From: Capsulimonadaceae bacterium
GTDB lineage: Bacteria; Armatimonadota; Armatimonadia; Armatimonadales; Capsulimonadaceae
Assembly: GCA_965215505.1 (NCBI GenBank)
Contig: OZ244065.1
Span: 2,592,001 to 2,656,000 of the forward strand
DNA: 64,000 bases
Direction: 5' to 3'
In this document: positions 29,233-39,555 of the stretch, one piece after another
Numbering within the stretch: position 1 is the first letter of the stretch
How the letters are laid out: the number at the start of each line of letters is the position of its first letter
The notes under the pieces: generated by a model
Told to the model about the DNA's origin: nothing
The model's input: only the letters and a program-made list of their open reading frames with translations
Databases searched by the model: none
Translations under genes and position numbers: made by a program

Positions 29233-30963
29233 ATGTTTCGCGCATTCGGGCGAGGGGTTGAAAACCCTCTCGCTAGGAGAAGCACCCTCCGGGTGTGGGA
29301 GGGGGTTTCTCGTCGTCCGCAGGACGCCCCTCCTAGCGAGCGGTTTTCAACCGCTCGTCTCATCTTCGCTCCCTTGCTCCCCGCCGCCCTGCTGGCACTG
29401 ACCGGCTGCGGCCACCACGGCGGCACGTCCGCCGGCGCGGGGGGCGGGAACGTCCTGCACGTCGCCATGGCGACCGCCCCCGTCACCTTCGACCCGGCCA
29501 TGTGCCAGGACGTCGAGACCACCCAGATGCTCCAACAGACCTATGAAGGGCTGGTGCAGTACGGCCCGAAAAATACGGTCGTTCCGTGTCTCGCCGAGAA
29601 GTGGGACGTGAGCAAGGACGGCCTCACCTATACCTTCCACCTGCGCCCCGCGACCTTCCAGAACGGCATGCCCGTCACTGCCGATGACGTGGCGTTTTCG
29701 CTGCGCCGCGCCCTGGACCCCAAGCTGTCCTCTCCCGTCGCCGCCCAATACCTCGGGGACATCGCGGGCGCTCTGGACGTCTTCAACGGCAAGGCGACCG
29801 ACCTGAAAGGCGTGAAAGTCGTTGACCCGAAGACGGTCGCCATTACCATCACCAAGCCCAAGGCCTACTGGGTGGACACGCTCACCTACCCGACCGGATG
29901 GGTCGTCTGCAAGGCCATCGCCGTCAAGGACGGGACGAACCCGATGACCGAGGCCGATGCGGAGGCCGGCGCGGCGAGCGGGGCGTTCAAGATCACCCGC
30001 TTCCTGAAAGACCAGGAAGTAGACATGGACGCCAACCCGCACTACTGGGATGGTGCGCCGAAGATCGCCGGGCAGGTGGAGCGCGTCCTGCTCGACCCGA
30101 CCACGCGCCACGCCGAGTTCGCCGACGGGCAGATCGAGGTCATGCGCGCCCTGCAAGTGGGGGACCTGGACAGCGACCGCAAGGACTCGAAGCTCAAGGA
30201 CCGGATCAAGATCTGGCCGCGCGCCGGCATCAACTATCTCGGGCTGAACGAGGCCGTTTACCCGCCCTTCAAAGACCCGCGCGTCCGGCAGGCCTTCGCC
30301 TATGCCACCGACAAGCAGAAGATCATCAGCGTCGTGACCGAGGGCGTCTACCCCGCCGCCCCGGACCTGCTGCCGGCGGGCATTCCGGGCGGCGACCCGG
30401 ACTACAAGGGCATCCCTTATGATCCGGAGAAGGCGAAGCAACTGCTGGCGGCGGCGGGCTTCCCCGGCGGGCGCGGGCTGCCCCCGCTGGAGGTCTACGG
30501 CAACGAGAAGAACCCACTGTCGGAGAAGACCGTGGACGTCCTGCGCCAGATGTACGGCACGACTTTGGGCGTCCCCATCAGCGTCCGTCAGATGGAACTC
30601 GGCTCATTAATCGCCGCCATCAACAAGAATACGACCGTCCCGTGCTTCGTCCTGGGCTGGTACGCTGATTATCTAGACCCGCAGGACTTTTACAGCCTGC
30701 TGCTGTCCTCGCAAAGTCCCGAGAACCACACCGGCTACCGCAACCCGACTTTTGATGCCCTCTGCACCCGCGCCGACACCGAGCAGAACCCGGCCGCCCG
30801 GACCGCCCTGTACCGTAAGGCGGCGCAGATCGCCGGGGCCGAGCCGGACCGCATCCCGCTCTACTACGCCGTAGACCCCGAGCTGATCAGCCCGCGCGTC
30901 CAGGGGCTGGAGGACTGCCTGATGGGGCACCTGCCCTACAAGCGGCTGACGCTGACCCACTGA
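29233..30963 (+). CDS. Second OppA-like substrate-binding lipoprotein
   Basis: LTGC lipobox; paralogous to 27558-29207 throughout; N-terminus contains an in-frame REP doublet. Confidence 0.92.
   Translation: MFRAFGRGVENPLARRSTLRVWEGVSRRPQDAPPSERFSTARLIFAPLLPAALLALTGCGHHGGTSAGAGGGNVLHVAMATAPVTFDPAMCQDVETTQMLQQTYEGLVQYGPKNTVVPCLAEKWDVSKDGLTYTFHLRPATFQNGMPVTADDVAFSLRRALDPKLSSPVAAQYLGDIAGALDVFNGKATDLKGVKVVDPKTVAITITKPKAYWVDTLTYPTGWVVCKAIAVKDGTNPMTEADAEAGAASGAFKITRFLKDQEVDMDANPHYWDGAPKIAGQVERVLLDPTTRHAEFADGQIEVMRALQVGDLDSDRKDSKLKDRIKIWPRAGINYLGLNEAVYPPFKDPRVRQAFAYATDKQKIISVVTEGVYPAAPDLLPAGIPGGDPDYKGIPYDPEKAKQLLAAAGFPGGRGLPPLEVYGNEKNPLSEKTVDVLRQMYGTTLGVPISVRQMELGSLIAAINKNTTVPCFVLGWYADYLDPQDFYSLLLSSQSPENHTGYRNPTFDALCTRADTEQNPAARTALYRKAAQIAGAEPDRIPLYYAVDPELISPRVQGLEDCLMGHLPYKRLTLTH
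29251..29357. repeat. TTGAAA-loop REP doublet within the oppA2 5' coding region
   Basis: CGAGGGGTTGAAAACCCTCTCGCTAGGAG ... CTCCTAGCGAGCGGTTTTCAACCGCTCG. Confidence 0.85.
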
Positions 30964-30973
30964 AGACATTACT

Positions 30974-31903
<930 letters not shown>

Positions 31904-31907
31904 ACCG

Positions 31908-32813
31908 ATGAGCATCACACTGGAACAAGAGCGCGAGGAGTTGATGGAGCTGGGGGAGGCTGCGCCGAGTCCGACCCGGCAGGTCTGGCACCAGATGCGC
32001 CGCAACCCGCTGGCGATGGCGAGCCTGGTCGTCCTGACTTTGATCGTCCTGCTGGCCGTCTTCTACCCTATGGTTTCGCCCTACCGCTACGACCATCAGA
32101 CGAACGATTACAGCGCGCCCTCTTCGGCGCGGCACTGGCTGGGGACCGACGATTCGGGCTATGACACCCTGACCCGGCTGGCAGCGGGCGCGCGCATCTC
32201 ACTGATCGTCGGGGCGGGGGTGGAGGCGTTGGTACTGCTGGTGGGGGTGCCCATCGGCCTGATCGCGGGCTACTACGGCAAGTGGCTGGACGTCGGGCTG
32301 ATGCGGCTGACCGACATGATGTTCGCCTTCCCGGACATCCTTCTGGCGATCCTGATTATGGCGATTCGGGGGCCGAGCCTGCTGAACATCTTCATCGCGC
32401 TGGGCATCACCGGCTGGCCCGGACTGGCCCGGCTGGTGCGCGGGCAGGCGCTCACCCTGCGCGGGCGGGAGTATGTGGAGGCGGCGCGCGCCCTGGGTGT
32501 GCCGAGCGGGCAGATCATCACGCGCCACCTGCTGCCCAACCTGCTCTCGCCCATCGTCGTCGCCGCCACCATCGACATCGCGGGCGTCATCATCGCCGAG
32601 GCGACTCTGTCGTTCCTGGGCATCGGCGTCCAGGACCCCGTTCCGTCTTGGGGCAAGATGATCTCCGTGCCGCTCGAATCGGGCTACTACCGCTCACACC
32701 CGGAACTCGTTATTTACCCCGCGCTCTGCCTGTCGCTGACCGTCCTGAGCCTGAACTTCCTCGGCGACGCCCTGCGCGACGCGCTGGACCCGCGCACGGA
32801 GAAGGGGGGCTAG
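31908..32813 (+). CDS. Oligopeptide ABC permease (OppC/DppC)
   Basis: HWLGTD, GARISL, EYVEAARALG, HLLPN, EATLSFLGIG, GDALRDALDP. Confidence 0.93.
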   Translation: MSITLEQEREELMELGEAAPSPTRQVWHQMRRNPLAMASLVVLTLIVLLAVFYPMVSPYRYDHQTNDYSAPSSARHWLGTDDSGYDTLTRLAAGARISLIVGAGVEALVLLVGVPIGLIAGYYGKWLDVGLMRLTDMMFAFPDILLAILIMAIRGPSLLNIFIALGITGWPGLARLVRGQALTLRGREYVEAARALGVPSGQIITRHLLPNLLSPIVVAATIDIAGVIIAEATLSFLGIGVQDPVPSWGKMISVPLESGYYRSHPELVIYPALCLSLTVLSLNFLGDALRDALDPRTEKGG

Positions 32814-32913
32814 AGGGGACGAGTGACTGAAATCAGTCGCTGACGGGGACCTGTCCAGGGGACAGGAGCAGGACAAGGAACGGGGCCTTTAGAGTACGTT
32901 GAGAAAGTCTGCG

Positions 32914-33809
32914 TCATGCCTTTCTGGGCTTGGGTTTGAGCCTACGGACCATCAGGTGACACATCGCCAGGCGGATCATCGCCTCGCTGCTCTCGGTCAG
33001 GAACTCGTAGTCGCGCACCAGGCGGCGGTACTTGCACAGCCACGCGAACGTGCGCTCCACGATCCAGCGGTGCGGCTGAACCGCGAAGCCCTTGACGTCC
33101 TTTTGGTCTTCGGACTTCCTGACGATCTCCAGCGTCCAGCCGTAGGACGATCTCCAGCGTCCAGCCGTAGGACGATCTCCAGCGTCCAGCCGTAGGACGA
33201 TCTCCAGCGTCCAGCCGTAGCAGGAGGCGACCCAGTCCACCAACTCGCCCCCGTAGGCGGCGTCCGCCCACACCACAGACAGGCGCGGGTAGGTGCCCTT
33301 GCAGTAGGAGAGCACTTCTTTGGCCCCGTCACGGTCCTGCACATCGCCCGCCTGGACGGAGACGGCCAGCAGGAAGCCCTGCGTGTCCACCATCAGGTGC
33401 CGCCTGCGGCCCTTGATCTTCTTGTTGGCATCATAGCCGAGGGTGCCAGGCGGCCCCCTTTTTCGCCCGCCTTGACCGTCTGGCTGTCCAGGACGGCGGC
33501 GGACGGGCTGGCCTCGCGGCCCTGCTGCTTGCGGGCCTGGTCGCGCAGGTTGTCGTGCAGGCACTCGATGGTGCCGTCGTCGCGCCATCTGCGGAACTGG
33601 TCATAGACCGTGGCCCAGGGCGGCAGATCGTGGGGCAGATCGCGCCAGGGGCAGCCCGTCCGCAGTTGGTAGAACAGGCCGTTGACGACTTCGCGCAGCG
33701 GGTGCTTGCGGCGTCGGCCCGTGCGCCCGTTGCGGGCTTTGGGCAGGCACTCTTGTAGCTTCTGCCACTGGTCGTCGGTCAGGTCGGTAGAATAGGCTCG
33801 GCGTTCCAT
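32914..33809 (-). CDS. IS5 transposase in two frames joined at an A5G5 slippery site
   Basis: YSTDLTDDQW, RTGCPWRDLP, AVLDSQTVK; then GYDANKKIKGRRRHLMVDTQG, WADAAY, RWIVERTFAWL. AAAAAGGGGG at 33454-33463 (minus strand). Confidence 0.9.
33121..33220. repeat. Tandem repeat, 25-bp unit x4, inside the transposase
   Basis: GACGATCTCCAGCGTCCAGCCGTAG four perfect copies. Confidence 0.97.
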
Positions 33810-33933
33810 AACTACAGTGTACTTGAACGACCAAGACTTTTTCAACATACTCTTAGAATCATCCCATTCCCTTGTCCCCTGGACAAATCCTGCCATAGCG
33901 AGTGATTTCAATCACTCGTCCTCATGTCTCCAG

Positions 33934-34527
33934 TCACGCCTTTGCCGGCGCGGCGGGCGTGCTGTCCGAGGGCTTGACCGCCTCAGCGGCTTTGGCGGCG
34001 GCCTCGGCAGCCTTCTTGTCGTCCTCAGCCTTCTTCGCGGCGGCCTCGGCGGTCACGATCTTGTTGACTTCGTCCGTAAGCATCGCCCGCATCCCATCCA
34101 TCGCTTGACCGTCCTCGCCCATGATCTTGTGCAGGACTCGCCCCGTCCGCCCGGACACCAGGTACAGGCTCGGCAGGTTGGAGACGCCCCACTGCCGCGT
34201 CTGGTACAGGTCGTGGTCCACGACCAGCGTGACGGCGTCCAGCCCGCGCGCCTCGGCGAACCGGGCCAGCTCCGCCCGGTCCCCGTCGCCCACGCCCAGG
34301 GCGGTCCACTTCTGCGTCGGCAGGTCCGCCGTCCAGGTCTGCACCGCCTCCAGGGCGCGCACCGAGGGGGCCGAGTCGAGGGCATAGAAGACCACGACCA
34401 GCAGCCCCTTCGCCCGCAGCTTGGCCGTGTACTGGTAGTTGCCTTTGAGGTCGGTCAGGCCGAAGTCCTGGATGGCCCGCCCTGTCCCCGCCGTGTTCGC
34501 CCCGTAAAACCGTTCCGTTACTGACAT
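33934..34527 (-). CDS. Redoxin/TlpA-like thioredoxin-fold protein without cysteines
   Basis: DFGLTDLKG, LVVVFYALDSAPS, WGVSNLPSLYLVS; Ala/Lys-rich tail. Confidence 0.75.
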   Translation of the reverse strand: MSVTERFYGANTAGTGRAIQDFGLTDLKGNYQYTAKLRAKGLLVVVFYALDSAPSVRALEAVQTWTADLPTQKWTALGVGDGDRAELARFAEARGLDAVTLVVDHDLYQTRQWGVSNLPSLYLVSGRTGRVLHKIMGEDGQAMDGMRAMLTDEVNKIVTAEAAAKKAEDDKKAAEAAAKAAEAVKPSDSTPAAPAKA

Positions 34528-34673
34528 GCGTGTCTCCCGAGTGTGTCATGAGTTGGACGCTCTTGACTGTATGTGCGCTCATTGTACCCGCAATCTTTCC
34601 CGCATCCGCTTCCCTCTTGGCCTTTGCTCTGGAACGTGCTATAATCAGGCACTCACCCACCCGGAGAAGCCTG

Positions 34674-35360
34674 ATGCCCCCGAACCAGCCCGACCCCACC
34701 CGACCGGAGCCTGCCGTCTGGCCGGAAGCCCCCGACGCCTGGCCTCGCATGGCCGACGCTCTGGCGATGGAGGCGCGGCGCATCGGCCCGCGCGTCGTTT
34801 TCCTGGGCGACTCGATCACGCAGGGCTGGGGCGGCGAGGGCCGGGCCGAATGGGAAACCCGCTTCGCGCCTCTGGGCGCGGCAAACCTGGGCATCGGCGG
34901 GGACCGGACGCAGAACATCTTGTGGCGTATCGCGCACGGCGCGCTGGACGGCCTGCGCCCGGAACTCGTCGTGCTGAAGATCGGCGTCAACAATTTATGG
35001 GCGGAGGTGCAGGAGTGCGGCACGGACCAAGTCGCGAACGGCGTGGCGGCCTGCGCCGCCGCCATTCGTGCCGAATGCCCCGATGCCAGGCTGCTTGTCC
35101 TGGGCATCCTGCCGACGCAGGCCGCGCCTGACAACCCGCTGCGCGCCGTCGTCCGCGCCGTCAACGCCCGCAGCGCCGCGCTCGTGTCCGCGATGGGCGG
35201 CCGGGTCAATTTCGCCGACATCGGCGCGGCGTTCCTGGAGCCGGACGGGCGGATCTCCACAGACATCATGCCGGACGGCTGCCACCTCTCGCCGGGCGGC
35301 TACGCCCTCTTCGCCGACGCCCTGGAGCCTCTGGTCCGGGGACTGCTGAACTCACGCTAG
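34674..35360 (+). CDS. SGNH/GDSL hydrolase (PAF-acetylhydrolase-like)
   Basis: VFLGDSITQGW, NLGIGGDRTQNILWR, IGVNN, MPDGCHLS; TGCTATAAT upstream. Confidence 0.92.
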   Translation: MPPNQPDPTRPEPAVWPEAPDAWPRMADALAMEARRIGPRVVFLGDSITQGWGGEGRAEWETRFAPLGAANLGIGGDRTQNILWRIAHGALDGLRPELVVLKIGVNNLWAEVQECGTDQVANGVAACAAAIRAECPDARLLVLGILPTQAAPDNPLRAVVRAVNARSAALVSAMGGRVNFADIGAAFLEPDGRISTDIMPDGCHLSPGGYALFADALEPLVRGLLNSR

Positions 35361-35372
35361 GAGACACCGCTG

Positions 35373-36200
35373 TTGGAACCGAAGCACCCCACCCCTTTAG
35401 ACGACTTCCTATTTGACCTGAACGGCTACCTCATCCTGAGAAACGCCGTCGAGCCGGCCCTGGTGTCTGACCTGAACCGCGCGTTTGACGACTTCCCGCC
35501 GCTCCAGCCGATGGAGTGGTGGGGGAACACGCAGCGGCGCGACTATACCGCCGAAACCGGCTTCGAGCTGCACAACTGCGTCGAGGCCGGTGCCCCGTTC
35601 GAGGCGCTGATCGACCACCCCGGCTGGGTGAGCCATGTCCGGCGGTACTGCGGGGAGCAGGACTCCTACGTCGAGGGCCTGTTTATCGATGAAACCATCG
35701 CCTCCATCCGCCGGTCCGGGGGGCATCACCCCGTCCACTCGGGCGGCTACAAGGGCGCGCTGCGCGGGGCCTACCATTTCAAGGACGGCGAGTTCCGGTG
35801 CGGCCAGTGCAACGTCATCCTCGCCCTCACCGACATCGGGGAGGGCGACGGGCCGACGATGGTGGTCCCCGGCAGCCACAAGTCCAACTTCCCCCACCCG
35901 CTGGCGGGCGACTACGAGCGCGGCGACCGCATGGACGACCTGCCGGGCGCGGTCCCCGTCTACCTCAGCAAAGGCGACGCCGTGCTGTTCTGCGACGGCC
36001 TGATGCACGGCGGCAGCAGCCGGACTCGGGAGGGCGGCGAGCGGCGCGTCACGATCTACCGCTACGGGCCGGTCTGGGGCGCGACCCGCTTCGGCTATGA
36101 GTATTCCCCCGCCCTGCTTGCCCGGCTGACACCCGAGCGACGCCGCATCTTGCAGCCCGTGGTCCCTGCCCGACCGCCTGCCTCCCAAAAAAGCGCTTGA
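35373..36200 (+). CDS. Phytanoyl-CoA dioxygenase (PhyH) family Fe/2OG enzyme
   Basis: FDLNGYLIL, VHSG, GPTMVVPGSHKS, GDAVLF..LMHG; TTG start after GGAG. Confidence 0.85.
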   Translation: MEPKHPTPLDDFLFDLNGYLILRNAVEPALVSDLNRAFDDFPPLQPMEWWGNTQRRDYTAETGFELHNCVEAGAPFEALIDHPGWVSHVRRYCGEQDSYVEGLFIDETIASIRRSGGHHPVHSGGYKGALRGAYHFKDGEFRCGQCNVILALTDIGEGDGPTMVVPGSHKSNFPHPLAGDYERGDRMDDLPGAVPVYLSKGDAVLFCDGLMHGGSSRTREGGERRVTIYRYGPVWGATRFGYEYSPALLARLTPERRRILQPVVPARPPASQKSA

Positions 36201-36225
36201 CTTTTCGCCGGGCCTGTGTTACCAT
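36186..36225 (+). promoter_or_regulatory. Promoter / direct repeat copy 1 overlapping the phyH stop codon
   Basis: TTGACT-N17-TACCAT with TG extension; 36186-36221 is 34/36 identical to 39556-39591. Confidence 0.85.
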
Positions 36226-36260
36226 GGTAGCAGTCGCCACAAACAAGCCGGGTCGAAGTC

Positions 36261-38255
36261 GTGCCGCAAGGAAAATGTCATGTCGCCTTGTCCGCTGCCG
36301 TCCGCCGTGCCGCCCTGCTGTGTGTCTTTTTTGCTGCCACCTTCGCGTCCGGCACCATCCTCTCTCCACATGCTTCCGCGCAACAGCCCGGCGGCGGTGG
36401 ATCGCCGGGCGGTGGCAGCTCCCCCGACGGATCTGCCGCCGGCTGGGTCCCACAGCCCCGCCCCGGCGTGACCGATCCTCAGTCATACGGTGACTACGAC
36501 TGGACCGGCCTTGATGGCAGCGTCATCCGCACCCCCTTCACCGGATCATACCCGCCGGAGATTTACCACGACTACGGCGGCAGTGAAGGCTTCAGCACCG
36601 GCGGCAGCTACTTCATGGAGTACCCCTTCAACGGCACCGGCGGGACCGGCAATACGCTCGCCGAGGTCTACACCCAGTTCAGCGGGACGACCACCTACAA
36701 GTGGAAGTGGGTGCCGCCCAACAACGCGGCGGGCCAGCCCGACACAGCGAACTTCCCCGCCCCGACCTTGTTCACGCTTTACGACATGTATGCGACGCTC
36801 GGGACGCAGTTGTGGAGTCCGCCCTACAACGCGGGCTTGGCGGCTTCGGGGACCGTTTCGGATGGCGCTCCCGACAATTGGACTTCCTCGGTGTCTACGG
36901 TGCCGCAGGTAATCACGGATGTCTTCCCGCGCCAGATGGTGCTGCCCGGCTCGGCCCCGGACTCTGGAGGCGTTTCCTCGGTGGCGATGGCACTCTCGGG
37001 GAACCTTGACGTGACGGGGAAGCAGTCGGTGGTGGTGGGCGGGTACACGGGGACGGGTGCCATGTGCATCAGCGCGACGACCGTGAACGGCCAGGCCTAC
37101 CCCATCACGCTGGCCGCCCCCGACCCTCTGACCAACCCCCTGCTGGGTGATGGCACCAACCAGTATGTCTACGATACGGAGCAGCCTGACGGCTACCTTG
37201 CGGTCCCCGCCTCCGTAAGCGTCCCCGGCGCGGGAACCGCCGACACAGCCTTCCTCCTGCCGCACGTCGCGCTCTCCGTCGCCCCCGCCATGCAGACGGG
37301 GGCGCAGCCCTTCCAGTGGACGAACTCCGGCTCCCAGATGTACGTCTACACGTCGGGCAGCTATCCAAGCGGCACCAGCTACCCCTCGGCGGCCTTCGTC
37401 TACAAGGGCCTGCCGCCCAATAACAGCTACTTCGGCAACCACACCATGACCATGAAGGTAGACGGCACGGTTTCGCAGACGGCCAACTACCAGTTGTTTT
37501 TCAACGCCACCACTAACAACTATCCAGGGGCGTTAGAATATGATAATCAAGGTGCCCTGAGCTACACCGGAATCCCGGATTGGTACTTCTATTATAACCA
37601 AGTGTATCCCGCGCCTGGTGGCTACAAGATGGGAAAAAGTTCCGAATATAATCCTGACGCCAATACGATTGACATATCAGATGACGCTCACGGCGTCTAC
37701 ACAATGCGTATCTTTCACCTTAATTCTTCTACGAACAAGGTTGAATATCTCGGTTCTTTGTCACTGGCTGGGCTTCATACCTACATAGAAGTCATTGGGC
37801 ACGAGTTAGGGCACAAGTATGCGGCAAACCACAACATAGAAGTTTCTAACTCAACTGCATCTCACCCTGATCACGACAACGACGGTTTGGATGACAACTG
37901 GGAACTATTGAATGGTTTCGATCCTAATAAATCTGACACTACCGGGGCCTATGCCAACATACCTTCGACCGACGCAGACTTCGGAAAAGGTGATCGCGAG
38001 TGCGTTGCGGATATACAAGCTTTGGGGGCATTGTTAACGCCTACAGCATCGGGTACCGTCAAGAGCCTTTGGAAACAGGATTGGGCGAACGATGGCTCAC
38101 AGTGGGGTACATGGAATCAGCATACTCCAGCCCTAAATCCCTCTGCGCCTTATTGGCCCTGGTACTTCGCTTCATCGGTTAATGGAGCGAGAGCAGCCGA
38201 CCCACCTTCTGATGCATTGTCAAAACTAACTCAATTACCGAACAATGGTAACTGA
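36261..38255 (+). CDS. Secreted protein with C-terminal HEXXH metallopeptidase and Ca-binding (TSP3-like) motif; polymorphic-toxin-like
   Basis: Signal peptide ending ASA; VIGHELGHK; DHDNDGLDDNWELLNGFDPNKSDT; GC falls sharply near 37510. Confidence 0.65.
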   Translation: MPQGKCHVALSAAVRRAALLCVFFAATFASGTILSPHASAQQPGGGGSPGGGSSPDGSAAGWVPQPRPGVTDPQSYGDYDWTGLDGSVIRTPFTGSYPPEIYHDYGGSEGFSTGGSYFMEYPFNGTGGTGNTLAEVYTQFSGTTTYKWKWVPPNNAAGQPDTANFPAPTLFTLYDMYATLGTQLWSPPYNAGLAASGTVSDGAPDNWTSSVSTVPQVITDVFPRQMVLPGSAPDSGGVSSVAMALSGNLDVTGKQSVVVGGYTGTGAMCISATTVNGQAYPITLAAPDPLTNPLLGDGTNQYVYDTEQPDGYLAVPASVSVPGAGTADTAFLLPHVALSVAPAMQTGAQPFQWTNSGSQMYVYTSGSYPSGTSYPSAAFVYKGLPPNNSYFGNHTMTMKVDGTVSQTANYQLFFNATTNNYPGALEYDNQGALSYTGIPDWYFYYNQVYPAPGGYKMGKSSEYNPDANTIDISDDAHGVYTMRIFHLNSSTNKVEYLGSLSLAGLHTYIEVIGHELGHKYAANHNIEVSNSTASHPDHDNDGLDDNWELLNGFDPNKSDTTGAYANIPSTDADFGKGDRECVADIQALGALLTPTASGTVKSLWKQDWANDGSQWGTWNQHTPALNPSAPYWPWYFASSVNGARAADPPSDALSKLTQLPNNGN

Positions 38256-38289
38256 GTACAGCCTTCTGAGACGCCAGAAAAGCACAACT

Positions 38290-39366
38290 ATGAAACTCTT
38301 AACGGCTTTCTTTTCTATCGTTGGCATTTGTGGATTCTTCCTAGTGATGTCTGTCATGCAGGCAGTACCAATGCCAGGAGCCAGACTCGCCCCAGCACAA
38401 GTGCCAGATCTCTCAGCCCGACTCTTCGGTTCCTCTGCGCCGGTGAAACAATGGAGATATTCCTCCGCGAAACCTGCTGCTCCCTCGTCGCCGGATGAAT
38501 ACGATTATTTAGCAGGCATCCGAGTGGCGGGATTAAATAGGGACTCATCTCGCTTGGCTGATATGGTTGCCTGTTTGAAAAGCACTGACCCAGCTTCTGT
38601 TGCCACTGGCTTACACGCGCTCGCGCACCTGGGAGATGAGCGGGCCATACCTGATGTGGAACAGGTCGTACAAAACTACCCTGCCGGATACATACGCGCG
38701 GAGGCTAAATCAGCACGCGCGAGGCTACTTGCAGAATCTACAGGTCGGAGCCTTACTATACCCGGTGATCGCGCGGGTGTGAAAACAACAAAGTTCATGT
38801 CTGAGGAGGGGATAGACGCCACTATACTCAACGCGGGGGTTTTGGCCTACTATAGTTCATCCGGTGAAGGTCAAGGATTGCCCCATGAAGTAGACTCCTT
38901 GCGGGAACTCGCGGATATGGCATATCGGGAACCTGATGCCGACTATCTGGCCCTGCCACTGCTACAGAAGATAAACTTCAGCCAAGACCCCGGTTCGACC
39001 CTAAAGATCAAACTGGCGGTCATGCCGAAAGCAGCCAGAGTCCCCTGGATGATTAACGAACTAGCGCATAAGACCATCCTCCACAAAGAGGATGCATTAT
39101 TGACTCAACTAGCGGTCGATGAAGGCACATCGTCTAGCCAGCAAGTCGCCATCAAGTTAACAGAAATGGATGCTCAAAGGGACCAGTATACATACACTGG
39201 ATTTTCAGCGCTATTTGATGTTTTACGCGGCATAGGGGATAGCCGGCAGGCACCAACTGTTGAGCATTTCCTAAACGACAAAGACACCTGGGTGGCTTAC
39301 TATGCACAACAGGTTTATCCAGACGTAAAAAGAGGGCTACGTCGGCAGTATGCCATTGGCTACTGA
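38290..39366 (+). CDS. Exported HEAT-like repeat protein, candidate cognate immunity/inhibitor
   Basis: Signal/TM MKLLTAFFSIVGICGFFLVMSVMQA; ALAHLGDERAIPDV and LRGIGDSRQAPTVEHFLNDKDTWVAYYA; low GC like the upstream C-terminus. Confidence 0.6.
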   Translation: MKLLTAFFSIVGICGFFLVMSVMQAVPMPGARLAPAQVPDLSARLFGSSAPVKQWRYSSAKPAAPSSPDEYDYLAGIRVAGLNRDSSRLADMVACLKSTDPASVATGLHALAHLGDERAIPDVEQVVQNYPAGYIRAEAKSARARLLAESTGRSLTIPGDRAGVKTTKFMSEEGIDATILNAGVLAYYSSSGEGQGLPHEVDSLRELADMAYREPDADYLALPLLQKINFSQDPGSTLKIKLAVMPKAARVPWMINELAHKTILHKEDALLTQLAVDEGTSSSQQVAIKLTEMDAQRDQYTYTGFSALFDVLRGIGDSRQAPTVEHFLNDKDTWVAYYAQQVYPDVKRGLRRQYAIGY

Positions 39367-39555
39367 TGGAACGCCCTCCGGAATAGTGTCTTACCGCTCC
39401 GTAGAAGCCATTCGCCGTGTCTAACGGGGCAGGCACTATGATAACCCATAAACTTCTACAGAGCGCTCAACACCCTCTAGCCTCCTCCCTGACAGCAACC
39501 ACCTCGACAATCGAAAGATGCGGAAATCCTACGGAACACGAAGAGCAAAGCGGCA

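Larger units (their letters stand above)
32892..33852 (-). mobile_element. IS5 family insertion sequence (IS1031/IS427-like), 961 bp
   Basis: TIRs GAGTACGTTGAGAAAGTCT / GAGTATGTTGAAAAAGTCT (17/19); TTA target duplication at 32889-32891 and 33853-33855. Confidence 0.93.
32818..33920. repeat. TTGAAA-loop REP doublet split by the IS5 element
   Basis: Arms 32818-32841 and 33897-33920 are 22/24 inverted; inner 13-bp perfect inverted pair at 32852-32864 and 33873-33885. Confidence 0.85.

Noticed and set aside
33454-33463. Transposase as a frameshifted pseudogene
   Set aside because: The break falls at an A5G5 run typical of programmed frameshifting in IS5-family elements, and the TIRs and TSD are intact.
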